Below, piece by piece: positions 1 through 9,869 of a stretch of 64,000 bases of DNA. This DNA is from an uncultured Alphaproteobacteria bacterium. GTDB taxonomy: Bacteria; Pseudomonadota; Alphaproteobacteria; UBA7879; UBA5542. The translations under genes and the position numbers were made by a program. The stretch spans positions 11,710 through 75,709 of the forward strand of contig CAIWGV010000004.1 of assembly GCA_903912365.1 (NCBI GenBank), given 5' to 3'. Under the pieces are notes generated by a model. The model was not told the DNA's origin and made no database searches. It saw only the letters and a list, made by a program, of their open reading frames with translations. Position 1 is the first letter of the stretch; every line of letters starts with the position of its first letter.

Positions 1-1
1 G

Positions 2-163
2 GAGGCCCTGGAAAGAGGTTTTGCACAAGTTGTCAGCTCTCGGAATATGGTGGATGCTTATAGCATTGGGCAATCTCTTGCAGACTTCGATCTAGATAGG
101 CCCCCCTTCATGGAACCTCCTGTGATGACGCAAACGGATCTAAGTATGGTAGAAAATCTTTAA
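2..163 (+). CDS. 3' end of an unidentified upstream gene (partial, runs off the window start)
   Basis: The frame is open from position 2 to a TAA stop at 161-163 (…GFAQVVSSRNMVDAYSIGQSLADFDLDRPPFMEPPVMTQTDLSMVENL*). The fragment shows no recognisable domain. Confidence 0.3.
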   Translation, partial: EALERGFAQVVSSRNMVDAYSIGQSLADFDLDRPPFMEPPVMTQTDLSMVENL

Positions 164-232
164 AAACTTCTATCTTTGGGGCTTTGAATTTGATAAAAGG
201 AAAGGTTAGTAAAGTAAGATAGGAGTTTTTAG

Positions 233-1723
233 ATGAATGTAACTTTTTTCACCAGTAAGATTCCCACAACAGGCACTCTCTTTGTGGGTATTTTTGACAA
301 AAATGTTCTCTCTCCCTCAGCGAAAGAGATCAATAAAAAGACAGGCGGTTTGGTGGAGAAAGTTCTGAAGTCTTCCCATTTTTCTGGAAAAAAGGGAGAG
401 ATGCTCGCCATTCCAGCGCCAGAGGGCCTTTCCGTTCATCGCCTAGTTCTATTTGGAATTGGAAAAGAAAAAGAAATTCGGGAAAGTGATGCCATGGAAA
501 TTGGAGCTCATATGAGCCTAGAGATGCGGAAGTATCCTGAGGCCGAAATGACAATTCTTCTAGAAGATCTCCACGGGGAACACCTAAAGAATGACCGGCT
601 TGCCTCTGTTATGGCCACTGGGTTTTTGTTGCGTAGCTACGAATTCCAAAAATATAAAACCCAACTAAAGGACAAAGATAAATTCCATGTAAAAAAGATA
701 ATCTTTGGAGTGGACTCTCCCAAAGTAGCAGAAAAGATTTTTCAAGAGGAAGAAGCCCTTGTGAAAGCCGTGAATTTTGCACGGGACATTATGTCAGAGC
801 CGCCGAATGTAATTCATCCGGAAACTTTGGCCGAACGCTTGCAAGCCCTTTCCAAGATTGGATTGAAGGTGGAAGTCTTGGGCGAAAAGGAAATGAAAAA
901 ACTTGGTATGAATGCCCTCTTAGGAGTGGGTCAAGGAAGTGATAAAGAATCCAAGCTTGTCATCATGAAGTGGAATGGGGGGGATTCGAAAGAAGCTCCT
1001 CTGGCATTTGTTGGAAAAGGCGTGACTTTTGACACAGGAGGAATCTCCATTAAGCCTTCAGCCAAAATGGATGAGATGAAATATGATATGGGGGGATCTG
1101 CGGCGGTGGCAGGACTCATGTATATATTGGCGGCTCGCAAGGCAAAAGTAAATGCCGTGGGGGTTGTAGGGCTTGTGGAAAACATGCCCGATGGAAATGC
1201 TCAACGTCCTGGGGATATTGTGACCTCCATGTCTGGGCAAACCATTGAGATCTTGAACACCGATGCGGAAGGACGCTTGGTGTTGGCGGACGCTCTCTGG
1301 TATACGCAGGATAAATTCAAACCCAAGTTGATGATTGACTTGGCCACCTTAACCGGGGCCATCACCGTATCTTTGGGCAGCAAATTTGCGGGGCTTTTCT
1401 CAAATGATGAAGGTCTAGTTCAGAAACTTCGGGAGGCCGGAGAAGAATCCAAAGAACAAGTGTGGCAACTCCCGCTGGATGAACGGTACGATCGAAACAT
1501 TGATTCCCGGGTGGCAGACATGCAGAATATTGGCGCTCATGGGGCGGGCAGCATCACGGCAGCTCAGTTCTTACAGCGCTTTGTGAATAAAGTACCATGG
1601 GCACATCTTGATATTGCGGGAACTGCCTGGACGGATGAATCTCATATGTTCTCAGGAAAAAATCCCACAGGATTTGGGGTGCGTTTGTTAAACACCTTTG
1701 TGCGCAAATTTTACGAAAAGTAA
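233..1723 (+). CDS. pepA: Leucyl aminopeptidase (M17 family)
   Basis: 496 aa. The M17 signature NTDAEGRL is present, along with the typical VGKGVTFDTGGISIKP and MKYDMGGSAAV catalytic region. Confidence 0.9.
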   Translation: MNVTFFTSKIPTTGTLFVGIFDKNVLSPSAKEINKKTGGLVEKVLKSSHFSGKKGEMLAIPAPEGLSVHRLVLFGIGKEKEIRESDAMEIGAHMSLEMRKYPEAEMTILLEDLHGEHLKNDRLASVMATGFLLRSYEFQKYKTQLKDKDKFHVKKIIFGVDSPKVAEKIFQEEEALVKAVNFARDIMSEPPNVIHPETLAERLQALSKIGLKVEVLGEKEMKKLGMNALLGVGQGSDKESKLVIMKWNGGDSKEAPLAFVGKGVTFDTGGISIKPSAKMDEMKYDMGGSAAVAGLMYILAARKAKVNAVGVVGLVENMPDGNAQRPGDIVTSMSGQTIEILNTDAEGRLVLADALWYTQDKFKPKLMIDLATLTGAITVSLGSKFAGLFSNDEGLVQKLREAGEESKEQVWQLPLDERYDRNIDSRVADMQNIGAHGAGSITAAQFLQRFVNKVPWAHLDIAGTAWTDESHMFSGKNPTGFGVRLLNTFVRKFYEK

Positions 1724-1732
1724 AGGATCCCA

Positions 1733-2194
1733 GTGCAAGTTAGTTTCTATCACCTCACGCGCCTGAGTCTTGAGAAGTCTCTTCCTAAACTTTTAGAGAA
1801 GGTTCTGGCTCAGGGTTTGCGGGCCGTGGTGGTGACGGAGACGGAGGGGCAAACCCAAGTTCTCAATGATGTTTTTTGGACCTACCATCCCACCAGTTTC
1901 CTTCCCCACGGGACGGATAAGGAGGGGCGCGCTTCCGATCAGCCCATTTGGATTACTCCAAAGATTGAAAATCCCAATGGGGCTCAGATACTGGTGTTGA
2001 CGACGTTGCAGGAGAGGGAGAACTTTGAAGGGTTCTCTCGGATTCTTTATATGTTTGATGGGAATCAAAAAGAGGATTTGGAAAAAGCCCGGGTTCTTTG
2101 GAGGGCTCACAAAGGAAAAAATCATGGGCTGACCTATTGGCAACAAGACAAGGAAGGCAAATGGGTTTCCCAGGAACAGGTTCAAGGGTCCTGA
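1733..2194 (+). CDS. holC: DNA polymerase III chi subunit
   Basis: 153 aa. The N-terminus FYHL…VVV…VLNDVFWTY…FLPHG matches HolC. It lies immediately downstream of pepA, which is the conserved pepA-holC synteny. Confidence 0.75.
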   Translation: MQVSFYHLTRLSLEKSLPKLLEKVLAQGLRAVVVTETEGQTQVLNDVFWTYHPTSFLPHGTDKEGRASDQPIWITPKIENPNGAQILVLTTLQERENFEGFSRILYMFDGNQKEDLEKARVLWRAHKGKNHGLTYWQQDKEGKWVSQEQVQGS

Positions 2195-2325
2195 ATGTTG
2201 AGGGGACAGCTGTTGCAAAAAAGCATCTTTGTTTTTTTCCTTACAGAAAGGAGTTGACGCTCTCATTTTCCCATGAGATAGTTAAGTTAAGTACAGATTA
2301 AAAGATTTATAACGGAGGAATTTCA

Positions 2326-2619
2326 ATGAAAAAGTATCTAATAACAGTTTCCAGTTTGGCCCTATTGGCTGTTGTTGCTTCTTGCTCTGGCAAGATGGGC
2401 GACATGAACAGGATGAGCGAAAGTGAAGTTAAAAAGTGTATGCAAGCCTGTGAGAGACGCGGCACGAAGATGAAGCTCTCAAGCAACGATACTCGTGAAG
2501 GATGTGAGTGTGTTGACAGCTCTGGGATAGAAGACTTTACTGTGACTATACCTGGCAGTGAGATGGGTCTTGATAATACCACTGATAAGAACAGATCTAT
2601 TACGAAGAAAAACAACTAA
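2326..2619 (+). CDS. Small Cys-rich lipoprotein, hypothetical
   Basis: The signal peptide has a lipobox (LLAVVASC|SGK). A GGAGG ribosome-binding site sits upstream and an intrinsic terminator follows the gene. Confidence 0.5.
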   Translation: MKKYLITVSSLALLAVVASCSGKMGDMNRMSESEVKKCMQACERRGTKMKLSSNDTREGCECVDSSGIEDFTVTIPGSEMGLDNTTDKNRSITKKNN

Positions 2620-2642
2620 TCTAAGTAAATTCTTTTAAGAAG

Positions 2643-2674
2643 GGGGTATAGAGTTTCTATGCCCCTTTTTTTAT
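2643..2674. terminator. Rho-independent terminator (likely bidirectional)
   Basis: GGGGTATAG-agttt-CTATGCCCC forms a 9-bp stem, followed by TTTTTTTAT. It sits between two convergent genes. Confidence 0.5.
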
Positions 2675-2677
2675 ACT

Positions 2678-3235
2678 TTACTCTCGAACCGAAGTTAGAA
2701 TGCATTCCACGGCTTCTTCCAAATCCCTATGAACAAGGACAGGAGAAAGAGCTTCGAGCGCGGGGTTTTTAAGAGTTTTTTCCCCATGCCCTGTGAGAAC
2801 CAGATGGCGGATGCATCCAATCTTATAAGCGGCCTCTAAATCTCGGATATGGTCCCCAATCATGTGGGTTTCTCTGGGGTCCGCACCGAAATGGGCAATG
2901 GCTTCTTCCAACATACCGGGATTTGGTTTTCGACGATGGGTGGGATGGTCAGGGTGATCAAGACAGGTATAGATCATCTCTAGAATAATCCCCTGTTTTT
3001 TCAGTTCTGTTTCCATATGGGTATGGATTTCCGTTAGATCCTCTGGGGACAAGTCTCCTCGTCCCACACACCCTTGGTTTGTAACAATAGCCATCTTAAA
3101 GCCTGCCCCTTGAAGCTTTTGTAAAGCGGCAAAGGTGCCTGGAATAAATTCAAATTCTGCAAGAGATCTCACAGACTCGGGACGATCCACATTGATAACC
3201 CCATCTCGGTCCAAAAGAACAAGCTTTGTTTTCAC
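2678..3235 (-). CDS. gmhB: D,D-heptose 1,7-bisphosphate phosphatase (HAD-IIIA family)
   Basis: 185 aa. The HAD motif I DRDGVIN and a histidinol-phosphatase-like fold (…GDLSPE…MIGD) are present. Confidence 0.7.
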   Translation of the reverse strand: MKTKLVLLDRDGVINVDRPESVRSLAEFEFIPGTFAALQKLQGAGFKMAIVTNQGCVGRGDLSPEDLTEIHTHMETELKKQGIILEMIYTCLDHPDHPTHRRKPNPGMLEEAIAHFGADPRETHMIGDHIRDLEAAYKIGCIRHLVLTGHGEKTLKNPALEALSPVLVHRDLEEAVECILTSVRE

Positions 3236-3936
3236 TTTTTGAGTAATTTCAAACTCTCCGTTTCAATGGCGTGTTCCAATTTCTTCATGAAAGTTTCCTG
3301 GTCAAGTCCAGGCGGAATGGGTTTTAAGATATTGAGAACAATGGTTCCAGGATATTTGAGAAAAGTTCTGCGGGGCCAATGGACACCTGAGTTTAGAGCC
3401 ACAGGTACCACGGGAACTTGTAGATTTTTATATAAAATAAAAATCCCCCTCTTATATTCATTATGAGTTCCAGGGGTCGAACGGGTTCCTTCAGGAAAAA
3501 TAACCAAAGAGCGCCCCTCTTTGATACGCTCCCTTCCTTTAAAAATCATAGTTTTGAGCGCACTGGTGCTGCCACGACTGAGGGCAATCATACCTACTCG
3601 ATGGAGATAAAATCCAAAAAATGGAATCCACATGAGTTCCTTTTTTAGGATGAAAACAGGATAATGAAAAAGATGGTTTAGGGCGAGTGTCTCCCAGGCA
3701 GACTGATGTTTGATGGCAAAAATAACTGGTGTGTTGGGAATATTTTCTCGCCCCACAACTTTGGAGGAAATGCCTGCAATAACACGCAATATGAAAGAGA
3801 CCCACAGTGTCCATGCCCCAGGAATCCACATATAAAAAGGCTTTGGTAGAAGGAGGAGAGGGCTCAGTGTCGTGAGACCCACAATAGTGAAGAAGTAAAA
3901 AACAATATTAAAAACAAAGGATCTAAATTTTATCAT
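3232..3936 (-). CDS. plsC: 1-acyl-sn-glycerol-3-phosphate acyltransferase
   Basis: The acyltransferase motifs HQSAWE (HX4D-type block) and FPEGTRS are present. Confidence 0.8.
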   Translation of the reverse strand: MIKFRSFVFNIVFYFFTIVGLTTLSPLLLLPKPFYMWIPGAWTLWVSFILRVIAGISSKVVGRENIPNTPVIFAIKHQSAWETLALNHLFHYPVFILKKELMWIPFFGFYLHRVGMIALSRGSTSALKTMIFKGRERIKEGRSLVIFPEGTRSTPGTHNEYKRGIFILYKNLQVPVVPVALNSGVHWPRRTFLKYPGTIVLNILKPIPPGLDQETFMKKLEHAIETESLKLLKK

Positions 3937-4505
3937 GACTTACAAAACAGAAGAGACCGTGTGAGAATAACCACATATTTGTTATACTCCCACAATAAAA
4001 TCCGCCACCTTTTGAAATTGAAAATCCAGGAGTCATCCCTGAATATGGGAGAGAAGACGGGATAAGGCACAAGCTTTACCTCTGGCATACTTTCTTTAAG
4101 CTCTAGAAGGCTACGAGGCAGGTGATAATGGGAGGTTACAATGGTTAAAGATTTGAAACCATACTGATGGGCCCATCTTTTTGTTTCGTCAGCATTTTCA
4201 GCCGTATTAGTGGCAAAGTATCCCAAGGTAATGAGATCCTTCTTTTGGGCATAGGCTGCGATTTCATTGAACTGATCAGAAGTGTGAACACCGGATATGA
4301 GAAGCGGCGTATCGTGTTCGGTTTGAAGAAGAGCCAGTCCCGTCTTAATGCGCTCTCGCCCTCCCGTGAGAATAACAATTCCATCAGTCTTTTCAGTCGG
4401 TATGGGAATATGATTAATCCTGTAGAGAAAGAAGCAAAATCCAAGAGCCCAGCCTAGAAGAGACAGACTCAAAAAAACCATTAATAGTTTTAGAACGCGC
4501 ATCAT
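3933..4505 (-). CDS. DUF218/YdcF(ElyC)-family membrane protein
   Basis: A TM anchor is followed by ILTGGRERI…LLISG…TSHYHLPRS, typical of DUF218. I chose the MMRV start at 4505; the longer listed ORF (to 4610) would overlap ftsX. Confidence 0.55.
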   Translation of the reverse strand: MMRVLKLLMVFLSLSLLGWALGFCFFLYRINHIPIPTEKTDGIVILTGGRERIKTGLALLQTEHDTPLLISGVHTSDQFNEIAAYAQKKDLITLGYFATNTAENADETKRWAHQYGFKSLTIVTSHYHLPRSLLELKESMPEVKLVPYPVFSPIFRDDSWIFNFKRWRILLWEYNKYVVILTRSLLFCKS

Positions 4506-4513
4506 TTTCTTTC

Positions 4514-5410
4514 TTATACGCTGGCTCTTAGGGAAAGTCGAACGGTTAATTGTGCGGCGAGCATCATAAACAGGGTGATGAGGCAGGGAATCACAAGGGT
4601 AATGGACCAAACGCTAAGGCTGGATAATAAATTTTCTAGAAGAGGGATGTGGAGATCTTGAATAAAAAATTGAAGACCTAAAATTGTAAGCCCCGAGAGA
4701 ATAAATCCGATGAAGCTGCCCTTCAATCCAATGCGAAAGGCATGCATCTGAAACTGTTTGGCAATATAGGCATCTGTGGCCCCGACCAAATGGAGAACCT
4801 CGATGATATTCCGATGGATGATGAGGCTGGTCTGGGATGTAAAAGCAACGGTCCCCACAGCTGCCAGAATAATCAGGGTCACGATAGCAAAACTTATGAC
4901 CTGGGCAGATCGAGCAAGGTCCAAAAAATTACTCTGCCAGGTCAAGTGATCTTCCACCACAATATGGGGAGAAATTGTATGGAGGGCTTGTCTCAGATGG
5001 GGCAAGCTGAAGACACGACGATTTTGAATTTCCACGTCTATCAGTTGAGGGAGAAAAGAGGTCTCCAGGGAAGATTCTTTTGGGACCCACGGATTCAAAA
5101 TTTCCAGAATCTCCTGGGAACTTAATATTTTCACAGTGCCCACCCCTGCGGTTCGATTGAGAGTGTGACGGACTTTAACCTCAATTTCTGTGTGAGCTGA
5201 AGAAGATTCCTTTTCAAAGAGACTCCCCGCCGGCACTTGAATGGTAATATGATCTTGAAATCCCCGATTCCAATGGTGAATCAAAGTGCTGACAGATAGG
5301 GCTATCATGAGAGAAAGGGTAGCTAAGTATCCCATTAGGGCAACAATCCAGGGTAAAAACCGACTGGAAGGATCGGCTTTTAGAGGAAGGTCTAAGTGAT
5401 GGGTTGTCAT
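4514..5410 (-). CDS. ftsX: Cell division permease FtsX
   Basis: Four-TM topology with a periplasmic domain. It is translationally coupled to ftsE (4-bp overlap). Confidence 0.8.
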   Translation of the reverse strand: MTTHHLDLPLKADPSSRFLPWIVALMGYLATLSLMIALSVSTLIHHWNRGFQDHITIQVPAGSLFEKESSSAHTEIEVKVRHTLNRTAGVGTVKILSSQEILEILNPWVPKESSLETSFLPQLIDVEIQNRRVFSLPHLRQALHTISPHIVVEDHLTWQSNFLDLARSAQVISFAIVTLIILAAVGTVAFTSQTSLIIHRNIIEVLHLVGATDAYIAKQFQMHAFRIGLKGSFIGFILSGLTILGLQFFIQDLHIPLLENLLSSLSVWSITLVIPCLITLFMMLAAQLTVRLSLRASV

Positions 5411-6126
5411 ACCAGGATCCCTTCCTTGATGAGAGTAGGCTCAGGCTCTAATAAAAAGGCCTGCCCCTTTTCCAAGAAAATTTCTGGGTACTTTAATTCC
5501 TGGGCTAAATTTCGATTGTGGGTAGCAAGGATAACGGTGGTGCCCTGCTTGTGCATTTCTTCAAAAAGATAGAGCAATTTCAGAGCTGTTTCATCATCCA
5601 CATTCCCCGTAGGTTCATCGGCTACTAAAAGCTTGGGGCGTCCGATGACGGCTCGGCTAATGGCGACACGCTGTTGTTCTCCGCCCGACAGGGTATGAGG
5701 AAGACTCTTCAAATGATCTTTTAGTCCCACCCAGTTCAGAAGTTCAGCGGCTTCTGCTTGGGCCTTTCGAGGGGACACACCCCTTACCTGCAAAGGAAGC
5801 GCCACATTATCTAGAACCGTAAGGTGGGGAATGAGGCGAAAATCTTGAAAAACAATCCCAATCTTTCGACGTAAAAAAGCGATATCTCGGAAAGAAATAC
5901 GGGCTGTGTTTGTATCAAAAAGAGAGATGGTCCCTGAGGATTGCTTGCACCCTAAGTAAATCATTTTAAGAAGGGTGGATTTTCCAGCACCGCTCACCCC
6001 TGTTAAAAAATAAAACCCTCCAGATTCGATGGTTAGATTTAATCCGGAAAACAACCGAACTCCATGCTCAAAAACAAGGGATACATTTTGAAAGTGGATG
6101 GCGTTCTTGGAAGGGATATCCTGCAT
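5407..6126 (-). CDS. ftsE: Cell division ATP-binding protein FtsE
   Basis: Walker A GVSGAGKST and the ABC signature LSGGEQQRVAISRA are present. It lies directly upstream of ftsX. Confidence 0.85.
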   Translation of the reverse strand: MQDIPSKNAIHFQNVSLVFEHGVRLFSGLNLTIESGGFYFLTGVSGAGKSTLLKMIYLGCKQSSGTISLFDTNTARISFRDIAFLRRKIGIVFQDFRLIPHLTVLDNVALPLQVRGVSPRKAQAEAAELLNWVGLKDHLKSLPHTLSGGEQQRVAISRAVIGRPKLLVADEPTGNVDDETALKLLYLFEEMHKQGTTVILATHNRNLAQELKYPEIFLEKGQAFLLEPEPTLIKEGILV

Positions 6127-6205
6127 TCTCTACCTTAGGGTTACAAGCCCATGATAAATCATTAAAGAGGTAAAAAAAAGGGTTATGGAGGGGGTGACCA
6201 GGGCC

Positions 6206-6547
6206 GACGCATCTAAAATGAAAACAAGATCGTCACCCTGAGCCCTCGAAGAGGGCGTCAGGGCCCCGCTTAGAGTCTCATATTTTTTGTAAAGCCTTCT
6301 GCTAGGCCATTTTTATGTTGATAAACACGCCCCATAAGATTTGAGGTTACGCCTACATATAGGGTGCCCTTATACCTACTGGCCATAATATAAACTACCG
6401 GGATCTTCTCCATAGGCGCATCTTAACAAAATATCCCCTTAGGCTGAAGATGACGAAAGCGGGGCCCTGACGCCCCCCTAAAGGGGGCTCAGGGTGACGA
6501 GTTCTTTGGCATCGCCCTCTTTGTCCCCCATAAAATTTAGATGCGTC
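6206..6547. repeat. MITE-like noncoding element with nested inverted repeats (copy 1, apparently complete)
   Basis: Three nested inverted-repeat pairs are present. Outer pair: GACGCATCTAAAAT at 6206-6219 and its reverse complement at 6533-6547. Middle pair: TCGTCACCCTGAGCCC at 6230-6245 and 6485-6500. Inner pair: GGGCGTCAGGGCCCCGC at 6253-6269 and 6459-6476. The ~300-bp core is about 95% identical to 19214-19514. The element sits in the divergent ftsE/alaS intergenic region. Confidence 0.6.
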
Positions 6548-6630
6548 AGCCCTGACACCCCGCAACAACCCCATTGCCTTTTGATGAGCCTACGGGTACA
6601 CTGAAGGCCTTCTTTTAGGGGAATATACAG

Positions 6631-9216
6631 ATGAATACGGCCCATATTCGAGAGTTATTTTTAAAGTTCTTTAAAGAAAAGGATCACACGGTTGTGCCTT
6701 CCAGTTCTTTGGTCCCCCATAAGGATCCTTCCCTTCTTTTTACAAACTCGGGCATGGTGCAATTCAAGAACTACTTCACGGGGCTTGAAAAGCCCGCTTA
6801 TAGCCGTGCCACCTCTGCCCAGAAATGTCTCCGCGCCGGGGGCAAGCATAACGATCTTGAGAATGTAGGCTATACGGCCCGCCACCATACCTTCTTTGAA
6901 ATGATGGGGAACTTTTCCTTTGGGGATTATTTCAAGGAAGAGGCCATCCATTTTGCCTGGGAGTTCCTCCACAAGACCATGGGGATTCCCCAAGAGAAGC
7001 TCTATATCACCGTGTTTTCGGAAGATGAAGAGGCGGCGACTCTCTGGAAAAAAATCGCAAACTTTCCGGATTCTAAAATTCTAAGAATTCCCACCACGGA
7101 CAATTTCTGGTCCATGGGGGATACGGGACCTTGTGGACCCTGTACAGAAATATTTTATGACCATGGAGACGCCATCTGGGGGGGCTTGCCGGGCACCAAA
7201 GACCAAGATGGTGATCGCTTTGTGGAAATCTGGAATTTGGTGTTTATGCAGTTTGAGCAGCTGGCCAATGGCAGCCGTATTGCCCTTCCCAAACCCTCCG
7301 TGGATACGGGCATGGGGCTGGAGCGCATGGCGGCGGTCATGCAGGGCGTTACCAACAATTACGATACGGATATTTTAAAGGCACTGGTTCTCGCCGCAGG
7401 GGAATTAACGCGCACGAAGCCAGCGGAACCCTATCTTGTATCCCAACGGGTTATTGCGGATCATGTTCGGGCCATGAGCTTCCTCATTGCTGAGGGTGTG
7501 TTGCCTTCCAATGAAGGGCGTGGGTATGTATTGCGACGCATCATGCGGCGGGCCATGCGCCATGTGCATCTCTTGGGAACAACAACCCCAACCCTTTATA
7601 AGATGGTTCCCCTTCTGGGGGAGAAAATGGGAAGTGCCTATCCAGAGCTGATGCGGGCCCAAGAACTTATTGAGGGAACCATTCGTCATGAGGAGGAACG
7701 GTTTTCTGAAACTCTGGGACGGGGCATCAAGATTTTGGAAGAGGAGCTTCGTACTCATGGGGGTGCTAAAACTTTCTCCGGCGATGTGGCTTTTAAACTT
7801 TATGACACCTACGGATTCCCCTTGGATTTGACCCAAGATATTCTGAAGGGGCAGGGCATTGAAGTGGATGTATCTCAGTTTGAATCAGCCCTCAAAATCC
7901 AAAAGGAAAAGGCTAGGGCCTCCTGGAAAGGGTCTGGCGACCAGACAGCCGGGGCTCTCTGGTTTGACGTGAAAGAAGAGGTAGGATCGTCTGAATTTCT
8001 TGGCTATCAAACGGAGGAGGCAGAAGGGCGTATTTTAAAGATTTTGAAAGACGGTTGGGCAATTGAAAAAGCAGGGGTAGGCGATGAGGTGCATCTAGTG
8101 TGCAGCCAAACACCTTTCTATGGGGAATCGGGAGGGCAAGCGGGCGACGCCGGCCTCATCCTGGGTCCCAAAGGGCGCGGCACCGTTGCGGATGCCCAAA
8201 AACAAGCAGGAGATCTCATCGTTCATGAAGTGGAGATTACGGAAGGATCTTTGTCCGTGGGCGACCCAGTGGAATTAAAAGTAGATAGGAACGGGCGACA
8301 GAAGCTGCGGGCCAACCATTCCGCCACCCATCTGCTCGGCGCTTCTTTACAGAATCACTTGGGCGCCTCTGTGGTTCAGAAAGGATCTCTCGTGGCGCCG
8401 GATCGCTTGCGATTCGATTTTAGCTCTAATCAGGCGGTTCCTAAAGATGTCCTGCGTCAAGTGGAGACAGAAGTGAATCACTGGATTCGGTCCAATGCGT
8501 CGGTGACAACAATTCTGACGACGCCAACCCAAGCCCTAGAGGGGGGCGCTCAGGGGCTGTTTGGAGAGAAGTACGGGGATGAGGTGCGGGTGGTCTCCAT
8601 GGGACCCTACTCTAAAGAGTTGTGTGGGGGAACCCACGTACAGCGTACGGGGGACATAGGGCTGTTTAAAATTCTCAGTGAGAGCAGCGTGTCGGCCGGT
8701 GTCCGTCGTATTGAGGCGGTGACGGGGCAGGCAGCAGAGGCTCATCTGAGAGAGTTGGAAGACGCTTTGCAACAGGCAGCGGAACTTTTAAAAACAAACC
8801 CAAAGGGGGTTCCGGCCCGTCTGACTCAGTGGATGGAAGAGCGGAAAAAGACCTCAAATAAAAACTCTATTTCCCTAGACCTATCTGTAGAGGAAATAAA
8901 CGGCGTTAAATTTGGAAGTCAAATTTTGGAAAATGTTCCGCCTCAAGATCTGAAGGAACTTATGGATCAAGGCAAAGCGAAGCTGGGGTCCGGCATCGTG
9001 TTGATTATTTCGTCTTTTGAGGGCAAGATTTCAGCCCTTGTAGGCGTAACTTCGGATTTGATGGGAACCCATGATGCGCGGGAGCTACTCAAACCCATGG
9101 CCGAAGTTCTCGGCGGTAAAGGGGGCGGTCGCCCGGACCTGACCCAGTGCGGCGGGACGGATGCGAGTAAGATTCCTGCGGCTATTGAGGCGATAAAGGA
9201 ATATCTGGCTTCTTAA
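6631..9216 (+). CDS. alaS: Alanine--tRNA ligase
   Basis: 861 aa. The class II AlaRS N-terminus (FTNSGMVQFK, GGKHNDLENVG), the editing domain (HSATHLL) and the C-terminal DHHA1 domain are all recognisable. Confidence 0.95.
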   Translation: MNTAHIRELFLKFFKEKDHTVVPSSSLVPHKDPSLLFTNSGMVQFKNYFTGLEKPAYSRATSAQKCLRAGGKHNDLENVGYTARHHTFFEMMGNFSFGDYFKEEAIHFAWEFLHKTMGIPQEKLYITVFSEDEEAATLWKKIANFPDSKILRIPTTDNFWSMGDTGPCGPCTEIFYDHGDAIWGGLPGTKDQDGDRFVEIWNLVFMQFEQLANGSRIALPKPSVDTGMGLERMAAVMQGVTNNYDTDILKALVLAAGELTRTKPAEPYLVSQRVIADHVRAMSFLIAEGVLPSNEGRGYVLRRIMRRAMRHVHLLGTTTPTLYKMVPLLGEKMGSAYPELMRAQELIEGTIRHEEERFSETLGRGIKILEEELRTHGGAKTFSGDVAFKLYDTYGFPLDLTQDILKGQGIEVDVSQFESALKIQKEKARASWKGSGDQTAGALWFDVKEEVGSSEFLGYQTEEAEGRILKILKDGWAIEKAGVGDEVHLVCSQTPFYGESGGQAGDAGLILGPKGRGTVADAQKQAGDLIVHEVEITEGSLSVGDPVELKVDRNGRQKLRANHSATHLLGASLQNHLGASVVQKGSLVAPDRLRFDFSSNQAVPKDVLRQVETEVNHWIRSNASVTTILTTPTQALEGGAQGLFGEKYGDEVRVVSMGPYSKELCGGTHVQRTGDIGLFKILSESSVSAGVRRIEAVTGQAAEAHLRELEDALQQAAELLKTNPKGVPARLTQWMEERKKTSNKNSISLDLSVEEINGVKFGSQILENVPPQDLKELMDQGKAKLGSGIVLIISSFEGKISALVGVTSDLMGTHDARELLKPMAEVLGGKGGGRPDLTQCGGTDASKIPAAIEAIKEYLAS

Positions 9217-9313
9217 CTGTCATCGCGAAAAAATTCGGCACGGATTTTTGTGGCGACCGAAAGACCTCCTCGCAAGGACGATTTATATGTAGTACACTGA
9301 GAAGAGAGCTCAA

Positions 9314-9796
9314 ATGACCCCAAAAAATACTTGTTTCATCTTATTGGCATTATGTTTAGCGTCTAGAGCTTTTTCAATACCTAGTGATGAAGAAACGTCG
9401 CCGACAAAAAGAACACTTGGTCTTTTTGGAAGACGGCAGGTGCTGGCAGCAGCTAAGAGCGATGCCCAATGCCTTTATCACGAACATATGACAGAACCTC
9501 AAAAAGAACGAATCGTTGCTATTCTTCAAAAGATGGCGGAAGGGGAGAGAAGAGTTTTTATTACTTGTGTTAGGAACATTGAAGAAAACACGATCTTTAT
9601 TAAGGAACCCTTTACAGCCTCCCAAAAACTAGAAATCGCAGAAGTCGTGGGAAAATTTAAACCTGCAGACCGGGAAGCCCGAGTGGAACGCGTATTGGAG
9701 ATACTTCAGAGTCTTAGTTTTGAAGAAGGGATCTATATACCAGGATCTAGGTTCTCCTCTCTTCTTTCCTATTTAGACGACTCTGGATCCCTATAA
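9314..9796 (+). CDS. Hypothetical secreted protein
   Basis: The N-terminal signal peptide is MTPKNTCFILLALCLASRAFS. No recognisable domain is present. Confidence 0.4.
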   Translation: MTPKNTCFILLALCLASRAFSIPSDEETSPTKRTLGLFGRRQVLAAAKSDAQCLYHEHMTEPQKERIVAILQKMAEGERRVFITCVRNIEENTIFIKEPFTASQKLEIAEVVGKFKPADREARVERVLEILQSLSFEEGIYIPGSRFSSLLSYLDDSGSL

Positions 9797-9869
9797 ACTA
9801 TATTGCCCAAACCTTCCTTTCCCTATAGAGTTAAAAGATAGGCTAAAAAATATTAAACAGGGGAATGCC

